From a plasmid: a DNA stretch of 64,000 nucleotides. Location of the stretch: NCBI RefSeq assembly GCF_056712565.1, contig NZ_JBWXXM010000004.1. One strand, written 5' to 3'. Positions 19,501 through 32,259 of the stretch are shown here, piece by piece. The number at the start of each line of letters is the position of its first letter. Position 1 is the first letter of the stretch. The notes under the pieces are model-generated. The model saw nothing but the letters and a program-made list of their open reading frames with translations, ran no database searches and was not told the DNA's origin. The position numbers and the translations under genes were made by a program.

Positions 19501-22500
19501 GTCCATATCCCTGATTATTGAGAAGATCGGACGGGCTTTCTCGTGCTCAATCACGCCGTCTTCATTGACCGAGGTCGTTACGCCATTGTTGGCTTTGGCC
19601 GCCGCTTCCGCCTGCTGACGCAATTCTTCATACGCCGCCAGTTGTTCTTCAGTAAGTGGTGCATCCTGCTGGTGTTCGTCCAGCTCCGGGATCTCCACGG
19701 TATCCTTAACGTCTTCCGCCGTTTTAAGCGTTACCCAGCGATGGAATATACCGCGCAGCGCATCAAGGTTTTCAAAGCCCACCAGCGCCATTTTTTCTTC
19801 AACTTCACCGCTAATTTTCTGTACCGTTTCCAGCCTGGTCTTGCCGAAGAATTTAACGAAGTCATCAGGACCGTAGATCCCCATGTTCTGCCAGTATTCC
19901 TTCGGCAGAACATGAGAAAGCATGTTGTATGCATCGATCGGGGTGTTAACGACTGGCGTTGCAGTCAGGAGAACCGGCCCGCGCCCGCCATTCTTTTTCA
20001 TCAGGTACGCGTTTTTAATTGCCATATCTCGCGCCGATTGCGCCACCGCGCTGGTGGGCAGATAGGCCAGTTGTGACGCTTCGCGACCATTTTTATAGCT
20101 ATTGCGGTAGTTGTGACCTTCGTCGGCGATCACACTATCGAAGCCCATATCCTCAAAGTACGGATACTTCTCTGCTTTTTCGGTGCCGGTATCTGAATAC
20201 TCCGACAATACCCGGCGACGCGCGGCCTCTTTGCGGTGGGAGTCGGAGTCCATTGCGCTGGCTACGCGCCCGGCTGCAACGAAGTCATAAAGCATATCCT
20301 GTGCATGCTCATCTACGGTGTCATCACGTAGCGGAATGCGGGCGTATTGTTCTTTGGTAAACACGACTGCACGGTAATTTGAGTGCGGGATCGCGTTCAT
20401 CCGCGCCGTGATAGTGGCTTCATCTGCCAGTTTTAGGGCATCGCGCATAACTGGAGTGCCATCAGTACCAAGAACAGGTTTACCGTTCTCATCGAGCACC
20501 GGCACCTGGCGAATCTGATCGCCATCCATCAGCACATCAAGACCGACGAACAGGTAGTTACTGAATGCCTCTTCACTCAGGAATTCTTTTGCTTCGTAAT
20601 ACCAGTTTTCCAGCACTGATTTAGGCACTACATACGCAGTACGGGTGGAGCGACCGTTCTCATAGTTGAACGCCTCAAGCGCCAGCGCGGTCGTAGTTTT
20701 ACCCAGCCCGGTGCCGAAGCCCAGGATGCCGCGCCCATCTTCGGACAGTCGGCGCACTTCGCTATTCTGGTAATCAAATGGCTGGCGCTTACCGCTTAAT
20801 CCCTTCAACCCAAGCGGATCGCCAGAGTGTTCATACGGGATATTGCTATTGAACACATCGTTGTATTTGGCAACCAGTTCATCGTAGCGATCGTGCGTCT
20901 TGATCCACTTATTGAACTGGTCCTCAAGCAGTGCCATCTGCTCGCGGTAGCCGTTCGCCGTCGCGCTATCTTTGCCACCGATACGCGCACCATTGAGATA
21001 CTTTTCCAGCTGTGCCGGGAACCCGGTCGCGTTTTCACCTGATTTACGGTCCCACTCGTAGCGGATCTCGCCTGTTTCTTTATCCTTGCGCTGGACGACA
21101 CCGTATCGGTGCCCGACGAACAGACCATCACCACCGTGATAGGTGTCAGAAACCATTTCGTCGCCTTCCAGCTGCACTGACTGCACATAGCGAAGATCCG
21201 GATAGCCGTTTTCCTGCAAAAATTCCAGAATGACGGAACGGTCGAACCAACGGCTATTGAGCTTAAAGCGGATATTCTCTGCTGGCGTCTTGATGCGCTT
21301 CTCTTCGATCGCTGCCAGCTGATTAAGGACGTTGTTCTTTACTGGACCGTCGGGGAGTGTGGCAAGGAATTCCTGTTTTGGTGCCACTATCTCGTTAATG
21401 TCGCCGCTGGTGGCGCGGGCGAACGGAACAATCCCGCCATACGGTGAAACCGCAATGCCAGGGGTGCTGGCCAATAAATTAAGCAACTCGTCATCACTGG
21501 CTGGCAGTTCGCCGGTAAACGCAAGGCGGAAATCATCGAGCTGGATTGGATCGCGAGTGAGATCACTGTAGAGATAACGCAGGGTGTCCTGATAGCTGGT
21601 GGAGTCATAACTGGCGCTGGAATCATGCGTAACCAGTTTTCCTGTCAGCTCGTCAGAAATAGTGCCATCCAGCTTAATTGCACCACGGAAAGCAAACCAG
21701 GCGCGCGCACCGCTCCCCGATAATTTCGCTATCGGACCGCGACCGGGGTTACCAAAACGGTCAATCTCTGCCTGCAAACGGGATACCAGAGAAAGGCGCT
21801 GCTGTTCGATTTGTTCAGCACTATGCCCGGCGGCCTTCATGTCCTGATATTCAATTAACATCCGGCCAATCATCGCCCCGCGATACAAGCGTTCACGGTA
21901 TTTTTCAGGCTGGCTGTTAATCCAGTCCACCAGCTGCACCATATCGTCGCTGATTGATGTGGTGTACTTATCGCGGACATTTGCCATCTGGGTAAATGTC
22001 ATGCCGAGACGGCCTTCTGTTGTAGTCAGGTTACGCTGAAGAGCCTCCCAGCTATCCGCGCCATAACTGGCAGCATCGATCTTAAGTTCCTTCCCTGCAT
22101 CAGCTTCAATCCAGCGACCACCAGCATATTTTTGCCATACGCCATTAATCAGGCGCATTTCCCCTTCACCAACAACGTCTGCGGTCGGTGACGGTTCAGC
22201 CATATCGAGCAAAGACCAGTCGATACGGCTTTCGAAACGATGAATCAGCTTCGCTTTAAGAGCCTGGTTATCAATCTGACCGTCGGCACGAACCTCAATA
22301 CGCCCCTGGAAGCCCTTTTCCTGGGTGCCATGAACAAACCGGCGGCCATCCTTTTCAAACCACTTGCCAGAAATAAACGTTGACCAAAGCACATTTGCCG
22401 ATTCGAGAGTGCTTTCATCCACCAGGGGGATTTTCTCAGCCATCTCTGCCGGATGTTTGCGCATCAGCACCACATCTACGACCGTACTGGTCCCGTTAGC

Positions 22501-23277
22501 GTCAAAAGTACCGGTAGGCAAGCGGTGAGCGCCAAGAAATTCAGCTTTACGGGATAGGCGCAGGCGTAACCGCTTCATGTTTGAACCTGAAACAATGGAC
22601 GGCGGCACAATCACGCACATGAATCCGCCTGGCTTTATCTTGTCCAGCATGCGGAGCATGAAGTAAGAACCCATGTCCGTTTCTTCTGCGTAAGGCTTAT
22701 CGATGTTGCGTGTGTTATCACGACCACCGAACGGAACGTTACCCACAACATGGTCGAATGAATCGTTAGGCGTGCTTACAGCCAGCTGTTCGAACGGGGA
22801 AATCTGTACGCTGTCTTCCGGGTGTAACAGCTGGTTTATACGACCGGAAACACTGCTGATCTCAGTCGCAGTCATCACCGTACCAACCGGTTTTGTCTCA
22901 TTAAAAACGCCGGTGCCCGCCGATGGTTCCAGAGTGTTACCTACGTCCGCGCCGTAGAGCTTCATGATCTCCCAGACACCTTCAGCGATCGGCTTTGGTG
23001 TGTAATATTCGGAGACGGACCCGCCAATGCCGCCTTCACCGGTGTACCCAGCCAGGATCTGGCGCTGTTCATCTGTCAGTGTCGCGCCGTCCACCAGCGA
23101 ATTAAGCAAATCTATCGCCTTCTGATTCGCCTCCCGGCGCAGTCGGTCATAGCTTTTGCCTTCCACCTTTTCCACGCCGTATTTAATCGGCGCTCGGTGA
23201 GATGTTATTGCCCTAATGTATTTCAATATTTCGCTGACACTTGAACAGCGAAACACCCCCATAGATAGCTTGTTCAT
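16510..23277 (-). CDS. darB: DarB, antirestriction protein packaged in virions (N6-adenine methyltransferase plus DExH helicase domains)
   Basis: 2255-aa product (length of P1 DarB); MTase motif-IV-like HVVGNVPFGG; Walker A GFGTGLGKTTTALA; DExH VIADEGHNYRN. Confidence 0.9.
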   Translation of the reverse strand: MNKLSMGVFRCSSVSEILKYIRAITSHRAPIKYGVEKVEGKSYDRLRREANQKAIDLLNSLVDGATLTDEQRQILAGYTGEGGIGGSVSEYYTPKPIAEGVWEIMKLYGADVGNTLEPSAGTGVFNETKPVGTVMTATEISSVSGRINQLLHPEDSVQISPFEQLAVSTPNDSFDHVVGNVPFGGRDNTRNIDKPYAEETDMGSYFMLRMLDKIKPGGFMCVIVPPSIVSGSNMKRLRLRLSRKAEFLGAHRLPTGTFDANGTSTVVDVVLMRKHPAEMAEKIPLVDESTLESANVLWSTFISGKWFEKDGRRFVHGTQEKGFQGRIEVRADGQIDNQALKAKLIHRFESRIDWSLLDMAEPSPTADVVGEGEMRLINGVWQKYAGGRWIEADAGKELKIDAASYGADSWEALQRNLTTTEGRLGMTFTQMANVRDKYTTSISDDMVQLVDWINSQPEKYRERLYRGAMIGRMLIEYQDMKAAGHSAEQIEQQRLSLVSRLQAEIDRFGNPGRGPIAKLSGSGARAWFAFRGAIKLDGTISDELTGKLVTHDSSASYDSTSYQDTLRYLYSDLTRDPIQLDDFRLAFTGELPASDDELLNLLASTPGIAVSPYGGIVPFARATSGDINEIVAPKQEFLATLPDGPVKNNVLNQLAAIEEKRIKTPAENIRFKLNSRWFDRSVILEFLQENGYPDLRYVQSVQLEGDEMVSDTYHGGDGLFVGHRYGVVQRKDKETGEIRYEWDRKSGENATGFPAQLEKYLNGARIGGKDSATANGYREQMALLEDQFNKWIKTHDRYDELVAKYNDVFNSNIPYEHSGDPLGLKGLSGKRQPFDYQNSEVRRLSEDGRGILGFGTGLGKTTTALALEAFNYENGRSTRTAYVVPKSVLENWYYEAKEFLSEEAFSNYLFVGLDVLMDGDQIRQVPVLDENGKPVLGTDGTPVMRDALKLADEATITARMNAIPHSNYRAVVFTKEQYARIPLRDDTVDEHAQDMLYDFVAAGRVASAMDSDSHRKEAARRRVLSEYSDTGTEKAEKYPYFEDMGFDSVIADEGHNYRNSYKNGREASQLAYLPTSAVAQSARDMAIKNAYLMKKNGGRGPVLLTATPVVNTPIDAYNMLSHVLPKEYWQNMGIYGPDDFVKFFGKTRLETVQKISGEVEEKMALVGFENLDALRGIFHRWVTLKTAEDVKDTVEIPELDEHQQDAPLTEEQLAAYEELRQQAEAAAKANNGVTTSVNEDGVIEHEKARPIFSIIRDMDRVCTDMDLYYRRITYRFLPEYADAVQQLADSLPKQATSEDDDSDDSITQQSQYSLIDKGEFIQLQVPEAFEQEVNKRLAKFGIDEQTVTHPVTPKYAKLIATLKEFFPEGKQIIFTDEKTQHQKLKRIICNALNLEPSKVGILNAQTVAEAGKTGKKLKAVKPPKELPDEPTDAQIAKYNEQMALYDAYIAQQNEMSLGGLEKIAADFQEGRTPIIICNKKAEVGINLHRGTTDIHHLTLPWTPASIAQRNGRGARVGSNRASVRVHYYCGKGSFDEYRLKTLKRKAGWISDILRSDKSEMENADANDMIEMQMYTAKDDGERLAMMQVQMDKAKAAQRARQKEQATIDLQNYIKAQHAAGEDVEVLTAELERSKAELEKTTADVAKFKQAVMAKAADNADWKARWGSVHHTDRMLLAQYRASLKNAIQRKANISQAISRYEKLLNRTQKAATDIKRLRPLVEDAINKGILDVDPDLVNHASEFLVIGDRSWRVGQYYDCAGDIVRIKSLDFDSQRADVEIIFTFKGTKSGNWDVKTLDKQVDVTPDEDAVMQKISGGVSIAGINDIISCDDFYRFQQRGMIKITDSYGVQTTESGYSIDFVGTYTDPLKHAVYPDRRDDALKSSIAKWVLGMMSEGNNRQIRSAETFLVELFGSNYGDVIASYGDTLSPEAIQEKIADAIARMPEKTSQGATRNGDSELEVTNAIFGTNEFRGSDYEITTAQFGTIGIYSNKAEIKQAMDAASARIVAEREANLNHAVAALTQSWVTAIREAATTGKITPAIADVVNDGSKFMDAYQMDAVKLPSAYGQLSYRMTYNLVSMFSDLAILGLVDLNEVTPELLSMRKNHVEILQRINTVLAGRTDEEKQADADRINLALGNITEEEIAARNEKQEELSSTQGDATSIAQSLGLNYRVSTADLKMMYAPKFAAGEVFGLQEASGMKGVLFRAKDAIKAKFGARWLPAKAKNSDFPGNWWIIETKHNVADVLAVIQQYA

Positions 23278-23343
23278 TGGTAATCCTTAACAAGTGACTA
23301 GTGTTAAATTCCGTTCAAACACGATGTGAATTATTCTAATTAA

Positions 23344-26074
<2,731 letters not shown>

Positions 26075-26087
26075 CCATCAAAAATAA

Positions 26088-26113
26088 CCCCGGCGGCTGC
26101 CGGGGTTCTCGTT
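26088..26113 (+). terminator. intrinsic terminator after pro-position gene
   Basis: ccccggc ggct gccgggg followed by ttctcgtt. Confidence 0.55.
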
Positions 26114-26365
26114 AACTATTATCGCCTTCGTCTGCGTGCCATATATTTTCGCACCGCGCGACGTGGGCAATCTGAAGCGGTTTCTTTCTGCTGCATCAAT
26201 CTTGCAGCCATGCTCAAAAATGTCAGGCACAGCCGAAGCCCGGCATATAATAGCGGTTCCAGTGGCCACGTCTCATTGATCACATATACCGCCATGAAAA
26301 TCGAGTCGAAAACTATCGCCGCCAGCGATAACTTCATTGTCGAAAGTCGGCGGAGCTGCCGGAGT

Positions 26366-26923
26366 TTATTCATTGACCAGTCCCGTCAGGCAAAGCTGAC
26401 GTTCTTTTTCACGGCGAATCTTTAAGCCTCGCAGTGGCACGCCGTTACTGTTCACGAAATCAGGGAGATGGTTACACATATTCACCCATTCCCCTTTCTG
26501 CGCCCACTTGTGGATGGACGTTTCTACTCGCATGCCTCGCGCTTTGCTGTAGTAGGTCCGTAAACTATTGCATCCCATATTGAATGCCGCGCTTGTCATT
26601 GCACTGAAGGCATTATCGGGCATGTCTTTGCCCCGGAAGTGCTGATTAATACAGCGTTCAGCGATCAGGATATTCTTTTCCCAATCAGCGGCGATTTGCT
26701 GGTCGGTTTTTCGCACGCCTGGCGTTACCCCGTGTGTATTACCAATCCCGTCAGTCCATACACCCGCCGGGCACATGTATGGGTCACGTCGGCAACCTTC
26801 AGCGTTTCCGATAAGCTCAAGCCCCGCCTGGTTGGTTCGCACATTGCCATTACCCATCACGATGGTAATCATCACCGCGATAGCGCAAATTGCACCGCCT
26901 CCTGCGGCTGTTTTTCCCTTCAT
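26366..26923 (-). CDS. lyz: Lyz, SAR (signal-anchor-release) endolysin, T4-lysozyme fold
   Basis: Start MKGKTAAGGGAICAIAVMITIVMGNGNVRTNQAGLELIGNAEGCRRDPY: N-terminal weakly hydrophobic Gly/Ala-rich SAR segment followed by a catalytic Glu context; the ORF track starts 15 codons earlier. Confidence 0.85.
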   Translation of the reverse strand: MKGKTAAGGGAICAIAVMITIVMGNGNVRTNQAGLELIGNAEGCRRDPYMCPAGVWTDGIGNTHGVTPGVRKTDQQIAADWEKNILIAERCINQHFRGKDMPDNAFSAMTSAAFNMGCNSLRTYYSKARGMRVETSIHKWAQKGEWVNMCNHLPDFVNSNGVPLRGLKIRREKERQLCLTGLVNE

Positions 26924-27055
26924 AAAGACCTCATAAGCGAATTTTTTACGCTCCAGGACAACACCCATTCACAGCCAATACCGACTGACTCGATCCCTTT
27001 AGAAGGCACAGGATAATGCAAATCACTTGTTAGCTACGTTTCAAAGATATACATT

Positions 27056-27072
27056 ATTGCTCTAATTAATTT
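27056..27072 (+). promoter_or_regulatory. C1 operator upstream of ssb
   Basis: attgctctaattaattt, 16/17 to consensus, 20 nt before the ssb GTG. Confidence 0.5.
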
Positions 27073-27091
27073 ATTTTATTAGGTAAGATAA

Positions 27092-27580
27092 GTGGCACAA
27101 CGCGGTGTAAACAAAGTCATCCTGATTGGTACCCTGGGGCAAGACCCGGAGATCAGGTATATACCAAATGGCGGAGCGGTCGGAAGACTCAGCATCGCAA
27201 CGAATGAATCATGGCGCGACAAGCAAACGGGCCAACAGAAAGAGCAAACAGAATGGCATAAAGTCGTTTTGTTCGGAAAACTTGCTGAAATTGCGAGTGA
27301 GTATTTACGAAAAGGTTCTCAGGTCTACATCGAAGGGAAACTTAAAACCCGTAAGTGGACAGATGACGCCGGTGTAGAACGTTACACGACGGAAATTATC
27401 GTCAGCCAGGGCGGCACCATGCAAATGATCGGCGCTCGCCGTGACGATTCACAGTCCTCAAATGGCTGGGGGCAATCAAACCAACCTCAAAACCACCAGC
27501 AATACAGTGGTGGCGGTAAACCTCAGAGCAACGCCAATAACGAACCTCCAATGGACTTTGACGACGATATTCCGTTTTGA
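27092..27580 (+). CDS. ssb: single-stranded DNA-binding protein
   Basis: 162-aa product; OB-fold N-terminus [23 protein letters not shown], Gly/Gln-rich linker and acidic tail DFDDDIPF. Confidence 0.9.
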   Translation: MAQRGVNKVILIGTLGQDPEIRYIPNGGAVGRLSIATNESWRDKQTGQQKEQTEWHKVVLFGKLAEIASEYLRKGSQVYIEGKLKTRKWTDDAGVERYTTEIIVSQGGTMQMIGARRDDSQSSNGWGQSNQPQNHQQYSGGGKPQSNANNEPPMDFDDDIPF

Positions 27581-27657
27581 ATGTGTAAAAAACGACTGAA
27601 AGAAAAGCGGTGGTCCAGACGCCAACAAAAGCACGAACTCGCTAAAAAACGCCAAAG

Positions 27658-28566
27658 TTGGCAATGGCACGCGTTTTTAACGAACAGAACACCACGAGAT
27701 ATTGCTTTCGCTGGTGGGAAAACATTCCTAACCCACCTGAAGACGCAATACATCAGTTTTTAAGCAGAGAAAAGACTATGACAGCACAAAAAACTAAAAC
27801 CATTCAATACCGCCTACGTAATGGCCAGAGTGTCGAAGTGACCATCAATAATGATGGAGTACCTGGCGAAAAAGTTTCTATCTCTGATCTGGCTATCGAA
27901 AAAACCATCATGTGCCACCTTGGCTTTACTGAAGAAGTGAGCAAAAAGCATGGTGTAGCAATCTGGAGCGCAATGGATACTGGTATGCGCAAGTTCATTA
28001 CTGCTCGTACCCCAGGGATGACCATGATGGACCTCATGCAGATTGCGCCGCTGTTTGAATGTGAGCCTTTAGATGTATTCAGCAATCCAGCTATCTGCCA
28101 GCAGTTATATGGTGAGATGAAACTCGCGGTTACCCCCATTGTGCTGCATGAAGGATCGCTTGCTGGCGTGTGGAAAGTAGAGCGTATTTCAAGCTACATG
28201 CCTTTCCATGTCAACGGCGTAATCACTGGTGAAAATCAACCTGTTTCCGTTATAAAGTCAGACCTCAAGCGCGCAATTCTTGAAGCAAGTTGTCGAGTTG
28301 TCGGGCTGGGCAAACAGTCTTATGTTTCCTTCCCGGCTGGCCCTGAAGGCCCGGCAGAAATTCTGATTATGGATGCCGATCTGCTCTGGCAAATACAGTT
28401 TCTGATTGGCAAAAGCATCATCCGCGCTGAAGAACTCGATCAGTACATTACCTGCACGATGACGGATGAAGTCAAAAGTGTGGCTATAGCCAATGCCCGG
28501 AACCTATGTCGTGCTGCATTAACAGAACTGCAAGAAAACACCACGGAAGAAGTGGAAAGCGATTAA
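27658..28566 (+). CDS. hypothetical protein (isaA-position; probable true start ATG 27775, MTAQKTK...)
   Basis: ORF track; no motif. Confidence 0.35.
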   Translation: MAMARVFNEQNTTRYCFRWWENIPNPPEDAIHQFLSREKTMTAQKTKTIQYRLRNGQSVEVTINNDGVPGEKVSISDLAIEKTIMCHLGFTEEVSKKHGVAIWSAMDTGMRKFITARTPGMTMMDLMQIAPLFECEPLDVFSNPAICQQLYGEMKLAVTPIVLHEGSLAGVWKVERISSYMPFHVNGVITGENQPVSVIKSDLKRAILEASCRVVGLGKQSYVSFPAGPEGPAEILIMDADLLWQIQFLIGKSIIRAEELDQYITCTMTDEVKSVAIANARNLCRAALTELQENTTEEVESD

Positions 28567-28597
28567 AAAAAATCCCGCCGATTGGCGGGATTTCTTC
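28564..28597. terminator. bidirectional intrinsic terminator
   Basis: A8 atcccgcc gatt ggcgggat ttcttc between convergent genes. Confidence 0.65.
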
Positions 28598-28904
28598 AAT
28601 ATACGATCTGGTCTACATGATCACCAAAATCATCGTCGTCGTCCTCATCGCCACCATCTACTGCTGGCCAATCAACAAACCAGCCAGCGTAAAGATGCAG
28701 CGTTCGGAGAACATCACTTGCGGGAGCATCAAGGGTGTTAACGAATCCCATATAGCTATTGGGATTTGCTCCAGCTATGGCTTCAGCGATCATGTCCTCG
28801 GTAATGTCACCGGAGATAATGCTTAAACGCCCGGAAACTTCTTCATTATCATCAAATTCGATAATGGCATCTCCGCCTAATGGCGCTGCGATTTTAATCT
28901 GCAT
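28596..28904 (-). CDS. hypothetical acidic protein (102 aa), last gene of the dar operon
   Basis: ORF track; C-terminal DGGDEDDDDDFGD. Confidence 0.35.
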   Translation of the reverse strand: MQIKIAAPLGGDAIIEFDDNEEVSGRLSIISGDITEDMIAEAIAGANPNSYMGFVNTLDAPASDVLRTLHLYAGWFVDWPAVDGGDEDDDDDFGDHVDQIVY

Positions 28905-31881
28905 TATTTAGCTCCTTTGCCACACCTAATAACAGTTCCAGCAATCCGTCACCATTCATCAGTGATGCGGCAGCGGCCTCTTTGTCATGATACAACTGAA
29001 GAGCCATAGAGAATACTTCCGTTGCTGACGTTTTGGAAATAGTCGGTGATTTCTGCCGAATTTTCCCGGAATTACTCACTGAGGCTGGCGGGTATACCTT
29101 CGCCATATAAATATTACTCAATCGAGATCTGAAGCACCATTCAGGCTTGCCACGCCCACCGATATTAACGAAAGATGGCTTATCCCCTTCAACATTGGCC
29201 TTCAGGAATGACCGGGCTTTCTCTAACAAACCAGGGTTACTGTACTCAAGATGATGACCCAGCTCGTGCCACAGTGCACTTGCATTTTCATCGTTCAAAT
29301 TGACAGCAACAACACCATTAAGATTTGCATATGCCCTTCCCTGGTGGTGAACCACCTTTGTTAAGGTCGAAATTTTACCGCCGGTCAGGCGATAAATATC
29401 AGCAAGTTCCTTGCGCAGGTCTATCCCACCATTCTGTCCAGCGCGGGCTTCTTCCACTTCTTCCGTGATAAAAGAGTCGGCCCACTCAAGAGCTTTTTCT
29501 TCAGATACGGATGAGTTGGCGATCGCACTGTTCATGGCAGATAACACTTTCTCGTGGACCGAACCCATACTTCGCTGATTCATTTGCCAGCGTGTCTGCG
29601 GGTTATATGAGAATCGCTTAAGTAGTTGGTCAAGCTGCTCAAGTTCTTCTTCACTGACATACTTTTTAGCCTCACCAATAATGCCAGGGAGAATATTGCC
29701 GTTAGGATTAAACGCTCGCGAAAGGAAGAGTTTCAGCGCCCCCATGCCCTCCGATGCTTCAATATCACCAATAACCCGGTTAACAATGGCCGCACTCTTC
29801 GGATTAGCATCCGCCAACGCTCTGGCTACGATTTGCAGGGACGATACGACCTCACGCTGCATATCCGTCCTGATCTCATCAATAAACTCTGGCGTTATGC
29901 CGTGCTCTTTAAGGATATCCCGGCCTTCCGCCGTTACCCCATCGATATCACCGACATGTTTATTAACACGACTTTGCAATGCCTTAAATGCCTTCAGAAT
30001 TCCACGGGCATCATCCGCTTTACTAACGGCCTTCCTGAATGCTGGCAAGAAGTCAGAGTTAACCTCATTTTGTTGATCGGCCCACTGAATGGAGGCTTCT
30101 TTCATCTCGTCCAGAGTCAGATCACCCAACGCGGTATGGTCTGTGAATATGAGCGACAACCTCTGAACCATTTCTGCCAATGGTGATGCCGAATGCGCCG
30201 CGCTAAGGAATGCTTTCACCCTGGTTGGGCGAATGGAAAACCAGTCAATAGCTGGTGGCATATCTCCGTTTTTTATCGCCTGCGCTATCTCATCAAAGCC
30301 GTCGCGCCCAAGGGAGGATGCGTGATTTAACAATCCGCGAAGTAACGAATTGCTGATACCGAATAATCGGCACCATTTATTCACGTCGGCAACAGGCATT
30401 CGAACAAAATGCGCAAGCACTTGTACAAGCTGTTCATCCTGGGGATCTGTACGGGAAAGCAGCCTGATCAGATGAATAATGTCTTTGATGCCGGATGCCC
30501 GATGTAATAGCAAGCTGGTATATGGAGCAACACCGTTGTAACTACCGCCGGAAACGGACTCGAAAAGACCGCCGGATATCCCTTGCATGCCTTCGTTTTC
30601 CAGTTCCTGAGACACCTGGCGAAGGATATCCTGTAACGACACATCACCACCGCCAAACATATCCCCCAGCGCCTGGCCCTGGTGCTGTAACTCATCATTG
30701 ATACGTTGAGCCATCAATTTAAAGGCGGTGGCCATACGCTTCGCGCTACGGTTATTCGCGACGATGAACAACGCGAGAGCTTTCACTTCCGGGGCTGTTT
30801 CGCTGAACATATCCCCCTGAGCAATAACATCGGTAATATGTTGGCCTGACTCCTTCGATTGCCTTACCAGGTCTACCGCATCTTTCAATGCCGCCAGCGC
30901 CTTTTTATCGAGACTATCCGCTGTCTCAATACCATCAACAATAGTTGTCACAGCCTGCTTGTGCGCTTCTCCTGATAAAGCCTGCATCTGGACAAAATCA
31001 TTGGCTGCCGCATTAAGCGCCGTCAGAACATTACGCATATCCGGATCAGGTTCTTCTGCAACCATCCTTACCAGGCGCGCATCCTTATATGCCTTGGCAA
31101 AGATCGCGTTTTGTATACGGTCAACAAGTTGCCGCGTTGGTCGCCCATCTTCCGTTACAAGGCCAGCCGCCTGTGTGGCACCAACTTGCGTCATAAATCC
31201 GCGAATAAACGCGTCATTACTGCGGCTAAGCAGATCTCCGCTTTCTGACGGGTTAAAAAGCGCCATCATCGCCGGTGTTATGCTGTCGGCATCAACAAAA
31301 GCCTTTTCACTGGCTGCCATTTCCTGAAGATCAGAAATATTTGAGTCCTTGGCAAACTGAACGCGGTCAACCTTGGTTAACCGGCGGCGCACCAGTACCG
31401 GAGCCGTCATTGATTCAACCTTTTCAGGTCGTATGCCGAATTCGGTCGCATGATCAATCAGGTACTCACGATACCGATCCGCATTGCCGTCCTGATAGGC
31501 TTTGATGATCCCCATGGTCCGTCCATTACCTGACTCAACGGCATTGTCCTCACCAATTATCGGCGCACCATGGCTGGATAAACCGGAATCAGTAAGCTGA
31601 GCAGGCCGCAAATCTTTGGATATCTGGTTAACCTGAAGAAGGCTGGATGCGCGGGTCCGGTCGCGCGGCTGAAGTTCCTGGGGATAGTCAGGATTAATTT
31701 TCCCATCCAGAGTATTGGATACCAAAAGAGCTGAGGCATCGACGATATCAAACGCTGTTTTTACCTCGTCTCCCTTCGCTGTCACCACATACGAAACCCG
31801 CCCATAACCGGGCAGGTTCTTTAGCAGCTCGATCAGCGTTTCTATGCTGGTGGCCATTACCACCTGATCGCTTAAGCTCAT
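28894..31881 (-). CDS. DdrB-position protein (995 aa), dar operon
   Basis: Large ORF downstream of darA/ddrA on the same strand; identity by synteny. Confidence 0.45.
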   Translation of the reverse strand: MSLSDQVVMATSIETLIELLKNLPGYGRVSYVVTAKGDEVKTAFDIVDASALLVSNTLDGKINPDYPQELQPRDRTRASSLLQVNQISKDLRPAQLTDSGLSSHGAPIIGEDNAVESGNGRTMGIIKAYQDGNADRYREYLIDHATEFGIRPEKVESMTAPVLVRRRLTKVDRVQFAKDSNISDLQEMAASEKAFVDADSITPAMMALFNPSESGDLLSRSNDAFIRGFMTQVGATQAAGLVTEDGRPTRQLVDRIQNAIFAKAYKDARLVRMVAEEPDPDMRNVLTALNAAANDFVQMQALSGEAHKQAVTTIVDGIETADSLDKKALAALKDAVDLVRQSKESGQHITDVIAQGDMFSETAPEVKALALFIVANNRSAKRMATAFKLMAQRINDELQHQGQALGDMFGGGDVSLQDILRQVSQELENEGMQGISGGLFESVSGGSYNGVAPYTSLLLHRASGIKDIIHLIRLLSRTDPQDEQLVQVLAHFVRMPVADVNKWCRLFGISNSLLRGLLNHASSLGRDGFDEIAQAIKNGDMPPAIDWFSIRPTRVKAFLSAAHSASPLAEMVQRLSLIFTDHTALGDLTLDEMKEASIQWADQQNEVNSDFLPAFRKAVSKADDARGILKAFKALQSRVNKHVGDIDGVTAEGRDILKEHGITPEFIDEIRTDMQREVVSSLQIVARALADANPKSAAIVNRVIGDIEASEGMGALKLFLSRAFNPNGNILPGIIGEAKKYVSEEELEQLDQLLKRFSYNPQTRWQMNQRSMGSVHEKVLSAMNSAIANSSVSEEKALEWADSFITEEVEEARAGQNGGIDLRKELADIYRLTGGKISTLTKVVHHQGRAYANLNGVVAVNLNDENASALWHELGHHLEYSNPGLLEKARSFLKANVEGDKPSFVNIGGRGKPEWCFRSRLSNIYMAKVYPPASVSNSGKIRQKSPTISKTSATEVFSMALQLYHDKEAAAASLMNGDGLLELLLGVAKELNNAD

Positions 31882-31893
31882 CCCTGTTACGCC

Positions 31894-32259
31894 TTATGCT
31901 GCCTCTTTAATGTTGGCGGCTATCCATGCCGCCGTGTGCTGTTTAACCTGGTCCAGGTCGATGTATGTGCCAACATATTGACTCAAATCCTGCAAGGTAC
32001 CGATAAATGCATCGGTGCTCTGATCGACGAATTTATCAGCCAGGAAATCAGCAACCAGTTTTGGCACACCATCATGTACCGAAGGTTGTTTTTCCTCGCC
32101 ACTACTGCCGCCGGACACACCGTACCCCATCTGTTGCATGATCTGGTCAATTTCATCGCTGATATCCAGCAACTCCATGCCACTCGCGGTAGCCGCTTTG
32201 GACATCAAAGCATCCAACTTATCGCTGAGATCCATTAACTCAATAGCTGATAGTGTCAT
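31894..32259 (-). CDS. DdrA-position protein (121 aa)
   Basis: ORF track; overlaps darA stop; synteny. Confidence 0.4.
   Translation of the reverse strand: MTLSAIELMDLSDKLDALMSKAATASGMELLDISDEIDQIMQQMGYGVSGGSSGEEKQPSVHDGVPKLVADFLADKFVDQSTDAFIGTLQDLSQYVGTYIDLDQVKQHTAAWIAANIKEAA

Noticed and set aside
17107-22957. Plus-strand ORFs of 60-177 aa inside darB (for example 19543-20076, 20019-20360)
   Set aside because: Antisense to a 2255-aa gene with conserved motifs; Arg-rich compositions typical of antisense frames of GC-rich coding DNA.
27658-28904. IS1 insertion expected from the P1 archetype (between isaA and isaB, as I recall)
   Set aside because: No IS1-like inverted repeats or insA/insB-type ORFs; the region has only one 263-302-aa ORF and a terminator.
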